64,000 nucleotides of DNA from assembly GCA_043228905.1 (NCBI GenBank), contig JBHGNT010000004.1:8866001-8930000 (forward strand), written 5' to 3'. The notes beneath the pieces are model-generated. The model saw only the letters and a list, made by a program, of their open reading frames with translations, was not told the DNA's origin and ran no database searches. Shown piece after piece: positions 45,675 through 59,270 of this stretch (position 1 is its first letter; each line of letters begins with the position of its first letter). Origin of the DNA: Azolla caroliniana (taxonomy: Eukaryota > Plantae > Polypodiophyta). Position numbers and translations under genes: made by a program.

Positions 45675-47680
45675 ACAAATAGTCGAACTCGACCAAGCCA
45701 ACAACATATCTACCGACTCCGAATTGGTAGAAAATCCACTAATTGAACTCGAAGACAAAGACAGAGCCGATTCGACAAGAGTCGAAGAAGACAAAGTCAA
45801 CAAGATGCGAGTTGGAAACAGAACTGAGTCAACAAAGTCCATAGGGGACGACAACGTGACACCACCGAAATCTCGACTTGGGGGTGGGTAACCTAACAAG
45901 AGTCCTGACACAAACAGTTCAACAAATACCAATCGACCGTCAAAGCCGATTGAGGACTCCGAACCTCTTATCTCGGCACCCAGGAGATATGGACGAGCTC
46001 GAAGGCAAACAGAGTTCTACCAACCGGGTCTCGACAATGTCAACACCGATGTAGGAGAACCAAGCACATATGAAGAAGCTATTGCCGCACCAGACGTTGA
46101 TAGATGGCTACACGCCATGCAATCCGAAATGGACTCGATTCATAAGAATTAGACATAGGAGCTAGTCGAACTACCAGTTGGAAGAAAGACGCTACCTTGT
46201 AAATGGGTGTTCTGATACAAGTATGTATCTGAATTAGAAAAACCCAAGTACAAAGCTCGGCTTGTCGCAAAAGGGTTCATGCAAGAACATGGGGTTGACT
46301 CCGATGAGATATTCTCACCAGTAGTCCAGACGACCACCATCCGATTCTTACAAGGAGTTGTGGCGACAGAAGATCTTGAGCTTGAGCAGATGGACGTCAA
46401 GACAACATTTCTACATGGAGATCTAGAAGAAGACATATATATGTCTCAACTGGCAGCCTTTACGACGATGGGGGAGGACAGTCACCTCGTATGTCGACTA
46501 AAGAAAAGCCTATATGGCTTGAAACAAGCGCTAAGGATGTGGTACCAGAAGTTCGACTACTACTTCAGGAAACTTGGATACCGCCGATAAGACTTTGACC
46601 CATGTATGTATGTTTAGCAACTGGCTGATGAGTCCAGGATCTATCTGATCATTTACGTCGACGACGTGCTAATTGGAGGAAGATTTCAAGTAGAGATCAG
46701 AAAGCTGAAACGGAGCCTTCACGACAAGTTCGCGATGAAGGAACTCGGACAAGCCCGTCATATACTGGGCATGAGGATCGAGCGAAATCAGACGACTAAG
46801 ACTCTCCTAGTCTGACTATATCAGGAAGGTGTTGAAGCGCTGCAACATGGAGAATGTGAAGCCAACACCAACACCGCTTCCGACGTTGATCCAACCATCA
46901 AATAAAGACTCTTCTTCAACGGACAAGGAGAGAGAGCTTAATGGAAAGATGCCCTACACATCGGCAATAGGAAGTATCATGTATGCAATGGTGGCGACTC
47001 GACCCGACGTAGCCTATGCCATAGGAGTGGTCAACCAGTACATGTCAAACCCAGGACGGAAGCATTGGGAGGCCGTCAAGCACATCTACAGGTACCTGAG
47101 AGGGACCAAAGATACACAGTTGACTTTCAGGTCCATATTTGAAGAATACACTGACTCTGACTATGCTGGAAATACAGACAATCGGAAGTCAACATCCGGT
47201 TATATTTTCACCTATGGTGGCAGTGCGATCATGGAGGTCGAAGTTTCAAGAGTGCACAACCCTGTCGACCACAAAGACCGAGTACATACTAGCATTAGAG
47301 GCAGCGAAGGAAGCGATCTGGCTACATGGACTGTCTGCCGATTTCTCATCTACAAGCCAAATCGATTGACCAACGACGACCATCTATTGCGACTCATAGA
47401 GCGCAATTCACCTCATTAACAATCCCGTCTATCACGCAAAGATGAAGCACATTGAGGTATGGTATCATCACATCCGGGAGCTCATAACTGAGAAGAGGCT
47501 CGAAGTCTAGAAGATCGACACTGAGGTGAACATCGCCGATTGCCTAACGAAGCCACTCCCAGATCAACGCTTCAAAGCACTAAGGACAAAGGTGGGACTA
47601 CGACAAGCGAGCAAGCAGAAGAAAGTCGAACGAGGATCATAAGATAAGATCTGATTGGATCAACTACAATGACACTTACT
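45675..47680 (+). mobile_element. Degenerate Copia fragment (INT-RT linker, RT, RNase H) of a further family
   Basis: [33 protein letters not shown] and KHIEV motifs with stops; no clear PPT; 47680-47960 may be an LTR remnant. Confidence 0.85.
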
Positions 47681-48775
47681 ATACTTCTGCCGGCTCAGCC
47701 TTACACCGACTGACTTCTAATGTAAATTTAGGATAATCTTGTAATCTAGATTTACTTGGGAGATAACCCCAAACATTTGTATACGCAAGAAAGAGTAGTC
47801 CTTTTACGAGGGAGTTGGTTGGCATAAAAGGACGACTCCTTCCAACTTGTATCCATCTGAGTGTGAACTCGTCCACATAGTTAGGGTTTAGTATAAAAGC
47901 AAAAAACACGTTTGCGTTCACAAGTGGAAGGATTGCGCACAAGTGGAAGGATAAGGAATATTCCGTTTGATTTTGGAGTTTTTTTTGCCATTTCACAAAA
48001 CATCTTGATACTATATCACATGTTCTCCAAAACTTGATGAAAACGTTGAAAATTTCACCATTTGGTAAAATTGAAAAATGCCAAATTTGGGTAAAATATG
48101 AAAAGTAACTTTGTGGATTTTTAAAGAAAAATGACAACTAATAAATTTTTAGATCTTAAAGAAATCAAAGTAGAATATTTCAAAACAATGAACGTTTTTA
48201 TTACATTCGATAAAATGTTGTCTAAATTTGTTACATATAGTTGCACAACAAATACATTTGGGAGTTATTTGTATGACTATCATCATTCTTTTCATGACAA
48301 TCACTACTATAGATAATATACAATTGTGACTCTTCCTCCTCATCTTCCAATGTACCAATCAAATCATTGTCTTCACCAAATGGTATCTCCAAATTTTGTG
48401 CAATAAATCTTCTTCGCCTTCAATCTAAGATATCTTCTAGACTTGCTAATATCTCTTTTATTATGCATATCGTTGTTGTCCTTAAACATCCAACTTTTGT
48501 CTATGTAAAGTCATACATAATGATATCCACAATATTAATGTCAATGATAGATGTATTACAAAGGTTTAATACATCATCACGTCCAAAACTTTACCAATGC
48601 AAAATTGGTACCCTAGGTCATGGCCATCTACATGTGTAGCTATTAATATCCCCATCTTGAGTTCTTGCAAGTTTCCTTGTCATCTGAGTTATTCTTGTGT
48701 TGTCATCCTTCGTTCCAACTATAAAGATTAACATTAAGTAATGATTAAGAACCACGCAAACACTTTATGGACCAT

Positions 48776-51283
48776 GTAAATGGCATTTGCAAGGTTCAAA
48801 TACCATCAACACAATTATTAATAGTTTTTTGTTAATCAATGATACACATGTTCACCATAAAGTATCTTGTTGTACAACATACTTGTTTGCACTATCGATA
48901 TGCATCTTTTTCTCTTGTTCAAACAAACATTTTAGTACGATTCAAGTTCATGTTTAAAAAACCTCTTTTATTTGAAAAACAACAAGATTTTAAACATTAA
49001 GTCGATATGTTGTATCAAGTTGATGTAAAAAATAGATTTTTCATCATAATTCCATACAATGTATTGAATTCTTGCTCAAATTGTTTTTTACTGGATTTAA
49101 AAAATAATAATAATAATAAATTGTGCTTGAGTTCATCTGGAAAACCATAATTTTCATCACAAATTGATATAATGTATTGAGTTCATGGTTAAAGTAATTT
49201 TTTCTAATTGTTTTCAATTTTGTTTTAATTTTTTTCAATTTTTTTCAATTTTTTTTTGATTTTGTTTTATTTTTTAAACATCGATTTGATACATTGTATC
49301 GACTTGTGATAAAAGCTCTGGTTTTTTCATCACTTATTAAAGCTTAATTTTTTTTTAGAAAAAAAAAAATACCAAAATAAAATAGAAAAAAATGTAGTTA
49401 TTTAAAAAAAAAAAATCCGAAATAAAACTTTAAACATGAACTCAATACGCTATGTCGAGTTCATGTAAAAGGGTTAGCTTAGTTCATGTCATGATATGGT
49501 AGGACTCAAACCCATGACCATATGCTACATGGGTCGAGCTCTTGACCATTAGACCATACATTGTAATACATAAAATATTATTTTCATCACTTATTAAAGC
49601 TCATTTTTTTTTAGAAAAAAAACAAAACACCAAAATAAAATAGGAAAAAATGTAATTATTATTTAAAAAAAATCCGAAATAAAACTTTAAACAGGAACTC
49701 AATACGCTGCCGTATCGAGTTCATGTAAAAAAGTTAGCTTTTCAACATGAACTCGATACGCCGTATCCAGTTCATGTAAAAAAGTTAGCTTAGTTCATGT
49801 CATGATATGGTAGGACTCAAACCCATGACCTTATGCTACATGGGTTGAGCTCTTGACCATTAGACCATACATTGTAATATATAAAATATTATTTTCATCA
49901 CTTATTAAAGCTTAATTTTTTTTAGAAAAAAAAACAAAATACTAAAATAAAATAGGAAAAAAGCTTAATTTTTTTTTAGAAAAAAAAACAAAATACCAAA
50001 ATAAAATAGGAAAAAATGTAATTATTTAAAAAAAAAAAGCCGAAAGAAAACTTTAAGTTCATGTAAAAAAGTTAGCTTTTCAACATGAACTCGATATGGC
50101 GTATCGAGTTCATGTTGAAAAGCTAACTTTTTGACATGAACTCGATATGGCGTATCGAGTTGATGTAAAAGAGTCAGATTAACTCATGTCATGATATGGT
50201 AGGACTCAAACCCATGACCTTATGCTACATGGGTCGAGCTCTTGACCATTAGACCATACATTGTAATACATAAAATATTATTTTCATCACTTATTAAAGC
50301 TTAATTGTTTTTAGAAAAAAAAACAAAATACCAAAATAAAAAGGAAAAAATGTAATTTAAAAATAAATAAATCCAAAATAGAACTTTAAGTTCATGTAAA
50401 AAAGTTAGAACTCGATACGCCGTATCGAGTTCATGATATGGTAGGACTCAAACCCATGACCTTATGCTGCATGGGTCGACCTCTAGACCATTAGACCATA
50501 CATTGTAATATATAAAATATTATTTTCATTTTTACTATATCGAGCGTTCTTCGTATATTCTTCTCACACAGTATATCACTGTCATCATCATTCCCTCTCA
50601 GTCCATCTCTCTCTCTCACTCTCTCTCTCTCTTCTTTTCTCAAGTGTTGTACACCTTAAATTCTTCTTAGTACTAATATTTCTCTCTTAGTACTAATTTC
50701 GTCTCTGTCTTAGAATTTTGTTTTTGAACTTTAATAAGTGATGAAAAAACCAGACTTTTTATCACAAGTCGATACAATGTATCGAGTTCATGTTTAAAAT
50801 TATTATTTTTTCCATAAAAAATAAAAATAAATTAAAAAATTTGAAAAAAAAAATCAAAAAAGAAAAAATTTGAAAAAAAAATAAAAAATTGAAACAAATT
50901 GAAAATGATTTTTTAATAATTAGAAAAAACTACTTTAAACATGAACTCGATACATTGTATTGAATTGTGATGAAAAATCTGGTTTTTCTATGAACTCAAG
51001 CTTAATTTATTATTATTATTATTTTTTAAATCCGGTAAAAAAACTTTGAACATGAATTCAATATATTGTATAGAGTTATGATGAAAACTCTATTTTTTAC
51101 GTCAATTCAATACAACATATCGTGTTCATGTTTAAAACTCTTGTTGTTTTTCAAATAAAAGAGGTTTTTTAAAGATGTATGTTGCACAACAAGATACCTT
51201 ATGGTAAATATGTGCTTCATTTATTAGAAGAAAACTATTAATAATTGTGTTGATGGTAATTCAACTTTGCAAATGCCATTTAC
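48776..51283. mobile_element. Foldback-type non-autonomous element with inverted arms of about 550 bp and modular palindromic repeats
   Basis: GTAAATGGCATTTGC at 48776 is the reverse complement of GCAAATGCCATTTAC ending at 51283; arms at about 48776-49340 and about 50730-51283; many copies of CATGAACTCGATAC-N3-GTATCGAGTTCATG; no TSD seen. Confidence 0.75.
49487..50713 (+). repeat. Four copies of the 5' end (about 100 bp) of a Tcn1-like LTR; the fourth extends into a deleted LTR remnant
   Basis: TGTCATGATATGGTAGGACTCAAACCCATGACC...GACCATTAGACCATAC at 49487, 49798, 50187 and 50431 matches the reverse complement of 53720-53822; 50570-50713 matches LTR U5 (TTAGTACTAA repeats). Confidence 0.88.
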
Positions 51284-51964
51284 TTCCCAAATTTTGAAGG
51301 GGAATTCTTATAAGGAAGGAGATTATAACATTGTAGATACCCTGATAACTATGTGTTATGTTCAAATTGATATATTAATGTTCACATCTAAAGTTTGATA
51401 GTTTATGAATATCGTCTACATTTTAGGAGTTGTGGATTTATCAAAATTGTTTATGAATATTGTCTACATTTCTTGAGTTGTGAATTTATGAATGTTAATG
51501 AGCACTAATTTATAGATGATGACATTAAGGATTGCAATATTACCTTTTATACTTAAAACATTTCAAGTCTAACAATAGATGTAACCTTAATCTTCTCAAG
51601 ATGGTGAAACCATTAATCTTAACTTGTGCCTTGAGTTGACCATAATTGTGATTTTCTTTAAGTTAACTACATTTCATATCTGCAAACCATCAAAATTTAA
51701 ACATTTATCCCTAAACTATTCAATTTTAGAAATTATCATTTTGAAATTTGTTAAATCTCAAAAAATTAGCAAAATTTACATGCTATTTAAAACATGTGAT
51801 ACTGGTGTATCAAGTTTTTGGAATTTGTCTAAAATCACAAGATTATAAAAGGAATCTATAAGTGGAATGCGCAATCCTTCCACTTGTGAATGCAAAGGTG
51901 TTAAAAACCTAACGTTGTAAAGAGTGGTGCTATTATTCATATTGTGTGAAGTCTCTGAGTGAGA

Positions 51965-52023
51965 GAGATCCGGTTCTCGACTTGCACAGCCGACCTGGCC
52001 AATGTTGAGCTTGTATCTCAACA
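51965..52023 (-). repeat. Terminal fragment of a Bryco-like LTR
   Basis: GGCCAATGTTGAGCTTGTATCTCAACA matches the LTR ends at 6921-6947 and 38534-38560. Confidence 0.75.
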
Positions 52024-53749
52024 TAGAGCAACTGGACATCAAGATAGCGTTCCTATATGACAACCTCAAAGAAGAGATCTACATGCATCAACCGGAAGGA
52101 TTTGTGAAGAAAGGGAAGGAGCACCTAGTATACCGGCTGAAGAAGAGCTTATACAGATTAAAGCAAGCCTCCTTGGAATCGTACCAGAAGTTCGACTCCT
52201 TCATGACCGATCAAGCGTACCACAAGACGCAGGCCGATCACTGTGTGTTTGTGAAGAATTTTGATGGAGTAGATTTGCTGATACTCCTCCTATATGTGGA
52301 TGATATGTTGATAGTCGGACGAGACCAAGGCAAGATTTGGATGCTGAAGAAGGCTCTGAACCGAACCTTCTCAATGAAAGACTTGGGTCCGGCAAGACAG
52401 ATATTGGGAATGCACATCATCCGGGACCGGTCGAAAAAGCTATTGTAGTTGTGACAGGAGAAGTACGTGACAAAAGTACTTCAATGGTTCAACATGTCGG
52501 AGGCAAAACCGGTCGGATCGACACTTCTGGCAAACTACAAGCTATCCAGAAAACAAAGCCCAAGGACAAAGGCAGAGAAGACAGATATGATGAAGATACC
52601 ATATGCCTCTGCTGTCAGGAGCTTGATGTACACAATGGTATGTACCCGGCCGGATATCGGATATCCAATCGGACTGTTGAGCCGATTCATGAGCAATCTC
52701 GGAAAAGAGCACTGGAACACGGTCAAGTGGATACCCCGGTATCTGAAAGGCACCTCGAGTCTGTGCCTCCAGTTCGGCTTCGGTAATCCCCAACTTTAGG
52801 GATTCACGGATTCAGATATGTGGGCTGATGTAGATACCGGTTGGTCTACATCCGGATATGTCATGACTTATGCAGGGGGAGCTGTTTCGTGGTAGTCAAG
52901 ACTGCAAAAGATGGTTAGCAAGGAGATAATTTGGATGAAGGAGTTCATCGGAGAGCTAGGGATCCAACAAGAGGAATACCGGCTCTACTACGACAGTCAA
53001 AGTGTCATCCACCTTTCAAAGAAAGTGGCCTACCATTCCTGGACAGAACATATCCAACGGAGCTGTCACTGGATCAGAGAGAGAGTAGAAGATCAACAGT
53101 TCGCGTTGACGAAGATCCACACGGAGGTCCCTCCAGATGGGATCCGGTTATGGATCGGATGGACCCGGTGAGAACTAAAAGAGAAGACATATTTGTAAAT
53201 ATGTTTTGAGTAAGCCTATTGAGGCTATATTTGTGAATAGCCCTAAGTTTATATAAGTATAAATATGACTTAGGGCAATCACTTTGTAAGGTTGTTGTCA
53301 TATTCTTGTATGTGCATAACTGTTGTATATATAGAGAAAGTGATACTCTATCATAACCGCCACTCGGCGAAGAAACAAAGCTCGAGGTCGTGTCAGGAAC
53401 AGTACTAAGACAGAGAAGGAATTAGTACTAAAAGAAGTATTAGTACTAAGAGAGGTGAAGAACACTCGAGAGAAGGAAAGAGTGAGTGAGAGGGAGGGAG
53501 AGAGAGATTGAGAGAGAGAGAGAGAGTGATGATAAGAAAAGATATATATTATGTGAAGAAAATGTACAGTAGCTAGGAGGCTTAAGACTGGCGTTGAACC
53601 GATTTGGTTCGAAATAATGCCTTGTGCCTCCTTTTATAGTGTTCTAAGGAATACCCCTGAAGTTTCTAGAATGTTCCAGAGAAATCTGGAATATACATCA
53701 ATTTTCTATAATAAAACATAAAAGAAAATAATATTCTACGTATTACAAT

Positions 53750-53812
53750 GTATAGTCTAATGGTCAAGAGCTCGACCCATGTAGCATAAGGTCATGGGTT
53801 CGAGTCTTGCCA
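53750..53812 (+). promoter_or_regulatory. tRNA-like Pol III cassette at the U3 end of the 3' LTR (same cassette at 58950-59012)
   Basis: A-box TAGTCTAATGG (53753-53763) and B-box GGTTCGAGTCT (53797-53807), spacing 44 nt; antisense to the element. Confidence 0.7.
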
Positions 53813-53814
53813 TA

Positions 53815-56800
53815 TCATGACACTATCCCCCCTTTAAAACAATAAGTGTAACGAGTCGTTTTGGATTGAGGACCCGGTTTGTCTGGATATTGACGCTGGA
53901 AGTCTTCAAGAAGAGCACGAGCATTGGTGACATTCTCTATCGGTTCCCAAGTACACTCGCTGGGACTATATCCTAGCCAATCGACTAGATAGTAGAGCTT
54001 GTTGCGAACAAGCTTGGAATCAAGGATAGCAGCAACCTCGTACTCAGGTCCATCTTCAAGCTCGATTGGGGGTGGAGGCTGTGTAATACGTCCTGGGATG
54101 GTGCTCTCTTGATAGGGTTCGAGGAGAGAACTATGAAACACTGGATGTATCCGAAGTTGTGGAGGTAGATCAAGACGAAAAGCGACATCATTAATCTTTC
54201 CTATAATACGGAAAGGACCTAATCGCCGATAATCCAACTTCTCGCATGTGCGAGTAGTCTTGATGTGTCGTCGGAGTAGCCATACCCGATCTCCAATGTT
54301 AAAACTAGATGGGAGTCGATGACGATCCGCATAAACCTTGTGTGTTTGTTGAGCTTGTTGGAGATGAGTAGATAAATCCGCTTGTATCTTGCATAACCTC
54401 TCCAAACGATCCTCTGCGCAAGGATTTGTGGACACCTCTAGGGTTTCAAGTACACACCATCGGGGGTGACATCCCGTATAAGCATAAAATGGCGTAACTT
54501 TAGTGGATGCGTGGATAGAGTTGTTATAGGCAAATTCGGCGAAGTGAAGCATATCTGCCCAATTATCCTGATGATAGTTGAGAAAGCACTGCAGATACTG
54601 CTCCAGCGTTTGATTGGTTCGTTCGGCTTGGCCATCGGTTTGTGGGTGGTAGCCGGAGGAGAGGTTACAAGTGACCTTGAGCATGTTAAAAAGGTGCTTT
54701 CAGAATTTTGACACGAACTGGGGTCCACGGTCGTTGATGATACTATCGGGAAGTCCATGATGCCGACATACTTCACGCATGACAATTTTGGCAGTGTCTT
54801 CATTGAAGATCTCCTTAGTACATGGCAAGAAATGAGCCATCTTCGTATATCGATCAACCACCGTTAGAATCGCATTGAACCCCTTAGAGACTGGAAGATC
54901 TGTGATGAAGTCTAGAGCAATGGATTGCCACGGCTTGCTTGGAATTGGTAATGGTTCTAATAAACCATATGGATGATGCCTTGGCATTTTCGCTCTGCAG
55001 CATGTATCACAAGTCCGAACAAAATCCTCGACAAATTGTCACATATAGGGCCACCAGAATGATCGTTGTACTAAATATAATGTTTTAGTACTACCAAAAT
55101 GCCTAGCTGTATATGTGTCATGATAGTTTTGTACTACTTGAAGGCGACAAGAACCAATAAGAAGAGTAATCCATCATGGTATTTGAATTGCTGATAGTCC
55201 GTACCTGGTGGTTGCGACTATGAACACAACACTTGAGAGGGATCAATTTGTGCTACTATAGCTTGGGCGAACGCATCTGTCTTCAAGTCTTCGCGTATGG
55301 TATCGATAACGCGGGAATCCATGGGCATGTCAAAGATCTCTGTTACTTGTAGTCGTGCCGGTCCCAAGATGACTTGTTTTTGGTTATCTAAAGCTGGCTC
55401 GCCGGGACGGGGTGCTAGATACGAACGCCGTCATAATGCATGTGCCTTCCCTTGGTGCTTCCCCGGACGATATGTAATTTTGAAGTCAAAACGTGTGAGG
55501 AAGTGGGCCCACCGAGCTTGACGTCAATTCAACACACGAGCATCTTGAAAGTAGGCAAGGTTCTTGTGGCCACTAAATACGGTGACCGGATGAGAGGATC
55601 CCTCCAGAAAATGCCTCCATTGCATAAAAGAATCCACTATTGCCAATAGCTCCTTATCATGAATTTCATAGTTGATTTCGGCGGCGTCAAACTTGCGTGA
55701 GTGAAAAGCCACAGGATGTAGCTTCTCATCATTCCCCTGTTGTGACAGAATGCTCCCCAATGCAAAATCCGACGCGTCAGCTTCGATAATGAATGTTTTT
55801 TCTGGATCGACATGAGCTAGAATTGGAGCCGATGTAAATGCCTTTTTAAGACTCTCAAAAGCCATGTCCGTTTCTTCAGACCAGATGAACGGTTGTCCCT
55901 TCCTGGTAAGTTGTGTGAGAGGTAGAACGATCTTTGAGTAATCTTGTATGAACTTCCGGTAAAAATTGGCAAAGCCTAGGAAGCATTGCACATCCCGCAC
56001 TGAACGTGGAGTCTGCCATTCTACCACCATTTTGACCTTAGCTGGGTCCATGGAGATGCCTTCTGATGAAATGATGTAGCCGAGAAATTCCACTTGGTTG
56101 CACCCGAAACTACATTTTTCCAGCTTTGCATACAAACCATGTTCTCGAAGTCGTTTTAGTACTAATAGTACATGAGAATCATGTTCTTCTTGGGTCTTTG
56201 AATAAACCAGTAGATCATCCAAATAGATGATCAAAAAATCATCCAATAGATCTCGGAATATATCATTAGCCATGTGCTGGAAGACTGTCGGCACATTAGT
56301 GAGGCCGAACGGCATGATCGTATACTCGAAGTGCCCATATCTGGTGCGAAACACGGTCTTCCATTCGTCTCCTGGTCGGATCCGTATGAGGTTATATGCT
56401 CCCCGTAAGTCGATCTTCGTGAAGAACCTAGCACCATTGATCCGTTCTAAAAGACTTGAGATAAGGGGAAGAGCATACCTATTCCTGATTGTAACCTTAT
56501 TCAGGCCACGGTAATCTACAACGAGACGAAGCGATCCATCCTTTTTCTTGACGAAGAAAATGGGCGCGCCGGCTGGAGATTTCGAATGCCGAATGAAACC
56601 ATTTTCCAAATTCTCCTCTATATAGGCCCGAAGGATTTCCAGCTCAGTTGGTGACAAATTGTAGATCGGTCCCCATGGCGGCTCTTTTCCCGATTGTAAA
56701 TCGATGGGGCAATCATATGGTCGATGATGAGGAAGTGTGTTGGCTTGTACTTTATCGAACACATCGGTGTAATGACGATAATTCTCGAGAAGTTGAACAT

Positions 56801-58528
56801 TGGATTCTTCTTTAGTGGTGCTGGAGGGGTTTACTGATATTGCAAAGAGGAACATTTCCTCCTTGCGCCCTTCTTTACGCAACTGACGTAGTGAAATGGT
56901 TGCCATCTTCTGAGTTGACCCTTGGGTTTGTCGACACCGGATTTCTCTTGTTCTCCAATCAATTTCTGGGTTATGTAACTCGAACCATAGTAATCCTAAA
57001 ACTATGGGATGTTCTAGGATACTAATAATATTAAATGATACTACACATGCTAAGTTATCTAGGACAATATTAATGGGCTCTGACTCTTCTATGATATTTC
57101 CGGAAGCAATGGGACGTCCATCAATGACTACTACAGAGGCTGGACACTGGAGTTTTCTTAGGGATATCTTATGAGCTTGAGCAAATTTCTTATCCATAAA
57201 GCAAGAGTTAGCTCCGGAATCTAGGAGTGCTAGGACATGTACTGGAGGGGTACTTTTAGTACTAACTATTACTTGGGCTACGAACACATCACTAACTTGC
57301 TTAGAGGGAATGGAACCACTAATGGGCTACATAGATCTAGGGCTGTCCAACCAAACGGCTCCTATTTTGGCTGGACTTAGTCGTTTAACTCTTCTTCTAA
57401 CTGACTAAGGACATCAAATCTGCTCGCTAGATCTGGGCTATTAGTACTATTAGGACTATCAGATATCCCTACTGAAATAGGCTCGGGTTTAGTACAATTA
57501 GAACTAGCAACTATTTGGTTTACCTGTCTTCTTGGCCTATGGGGACAATTTATTGCAATATGTCCTAGTCCACCGCAGTAAAGACATAGTTGATTTGTAC
57601 GGCGTTGCTGCTTTTCTTCTTCGGATAATGGCCCTCAACGACATGTAGTGTCAATCTCCATCGGAGTCGGAGTATTCACTGGAGGCACATTATATGACTC
57701 CCTCGGAAAAGATCTTACTACCACTGAGGCGTAGGTGGGCTCTGATCTTGCCCTCGGCATCTGTAGCTGTCGTTCCGAACGTCGCTCAAAGAGGTGGTTG
57801 TCACATCTCACTGCGCGACTGATTGCTTCTGTTAAGGACTTTGGCTCTTCGGGGAAGGTCAAGAGTAAATCCTTGACGTCGTTGTGTAAACTAGAACGGA
57901 ATTGCTCCATCAACGCTTGATCATCCCAAGGGATATCGGCGGCGAGTAGGCGAAAATTTGCATCGTATGTGGAGGCTGGATGGTCACCTTGGTGTAATCA
58001 CCGAATTTTGTTGATTGCGGTCCTAATGCTGTCAGTATCTCCGAAACATGCTTTAAACTCACCTAGAAACTCTTCAAAATTGTTGAGTAACGGAGATTCC
58101 TTTTCTAATAGTGGAGCGAACCATGCCAACGCTGAGCCACTTAACAAAGTGCCTACTAAACCCACTCGTGATGCATCGGTGGGATATCGGGAAGGATGCA
58201 TTTGAATAACTAATCGTACCTGGTTAAGGAACCCTCTAAACTGCGATCGCATTCCATCGAACTTCGTGGGAAGGCCAATCTTGGGTTCTTTATGAATCCT
58301 TTGTGTTCCGGGCCCTTGTTGTTGCATCGCTACGATGGTTGCTTCGAGTTGTTGCACGCGTAATGCAAGTTCCCCATGCTGTTGTTGCATTTGTTGCTTT
58401 TCTAAGGAGATTTGCTGAAGATCCCTCAGCAACCGTTGGTTTTCTTGTTCCAAAGCATGGAACTTCTCTTTCAAGCATTGAAATTCCGAGAAAATAGATT
58501 GATATTCTTCAGCGCTAACAGTGTCCAT
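53815..58528 (-). pseudogene. gag-pol: Tcn1-like gag and pol with stops and frameshifts
   Basis: ORF pieces 57998-58528, 57635-57913, 55524-57287, 54700-54987 and 53815-54684. Confidence 0.9.
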
Positions 58529-58588
58529 GGGATGAAAGAAAAGAGGAATAAGAGATTAGTAGGAAATGAGAGAGACAGAAGGTAGGAA

Positions 58589-58602
58589 AAATCAGTTCAA
58601 AC
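58589..58602 (-). promoter_or_regulatory. Self-priming-type PBS (no tRNA match)
   Basis: Minus-strand GTTTGAACTGATTT directly after the 5' LTR is complementary to LTR sequence AAATCGGTTCAA (58805-58794), which lies 33 nt downstream of TATAAAAG. Confidence 0.75.
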
Positions 58603-59270
58603 TGTCAAGAACAGTACTAAGACAAAGAAGGAATTAGTACTAAAAGAAGTATTAGTATTAAGAGAGGTGAAGAACTCTCGAGAGAAGGAAAGAGTGAGTG
58701 AGAGGGAGGGAGAGAGAGAGAGAGAGTGATGATAAGAAAACATATATATATTGTGAAGAAAATGTACAATAGCTAGGAGGCTTAAGACTGGCGTTGAACC
58801 GATTTGGTTCGAAATAATGCCTTGTGCCTCCTTTTATAGTGTTCTAAGGAATACTCCTGAAGTTTCTAGAATGTTTCAGAGAAATCTAGAATAAACATCA
58901 ATTTTCTATAATAAAATATAAATGAAAATAATATTCTACGTACTACAATGTATAGTCTACTGGTCAAGAGCTCGACCCATGTAGCATAAGGTCATGGGTT
59001 CGAGTCTTGCAATATCATGACAAGTCATTGCCTTCGAGTCTCTGATTGTATCTTTCTCATATACTGATATTTTGGAGTCTGTGGGCTCCCATGGGTTTTT
59101 CCCTATTAGGGTTTTTCCATGTAAACATCCTGTGTATCCTCTATCGTTGTTTGTGTGCTTGTGCATATGCGTTCCAATCTCCCTACTTCCCATTTCTGTG
59201 TTTGATTCTCATCGACAAGTGATTCAAGACTCGGTTGTGGCCGAGCAATATTCCGCGCTATTTCCCTCAT

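Larger units (their letters stand above)
53391..59022 (-). mobile_element. Tcn1-like chromovirus, full length but degenerate
   Basis: LTRs 53391-53822 and 58603-59022; TSD GGTCG/AGTCA; PPT AAAGGGGGGATAG; gag from 58528 to about 57380 ([14 protein letters not shown]); protease LLDSGA, RT YLDD, RNase H, integrase, and canonical chromodomain EYEVAAILDS...YLVDWLGY...TWEP. Confidence 0.93.
52024..59270 (+). mobile_element. Tork-like Copia remnant (RT, RNase H and 3' LTR), with the LTR split by the Tcn1-like element
   Basis: RT/RNase H at 52024-53125 is closely similar to the 25896-27200 region; LTR halves at about 53128-53390 and 59023-59270 resemble the Tork LTRs; PPT region deleted. Confidence 0.82.

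Noticed and set aside
47791-47838. Helitron 3' hairpin (GAGTAGTCCTTTTA...TAAAAGGACGACTC)
   Set aside because: No CTRR terminus just downstream; more likely part of an LTR remnant.
48767-51292. Assignment of the foldback element to Mutator
   Set aside because: G...C ends and long arms fit, but no 9-bp TSD is visible, so the superfamily is left unassigned.
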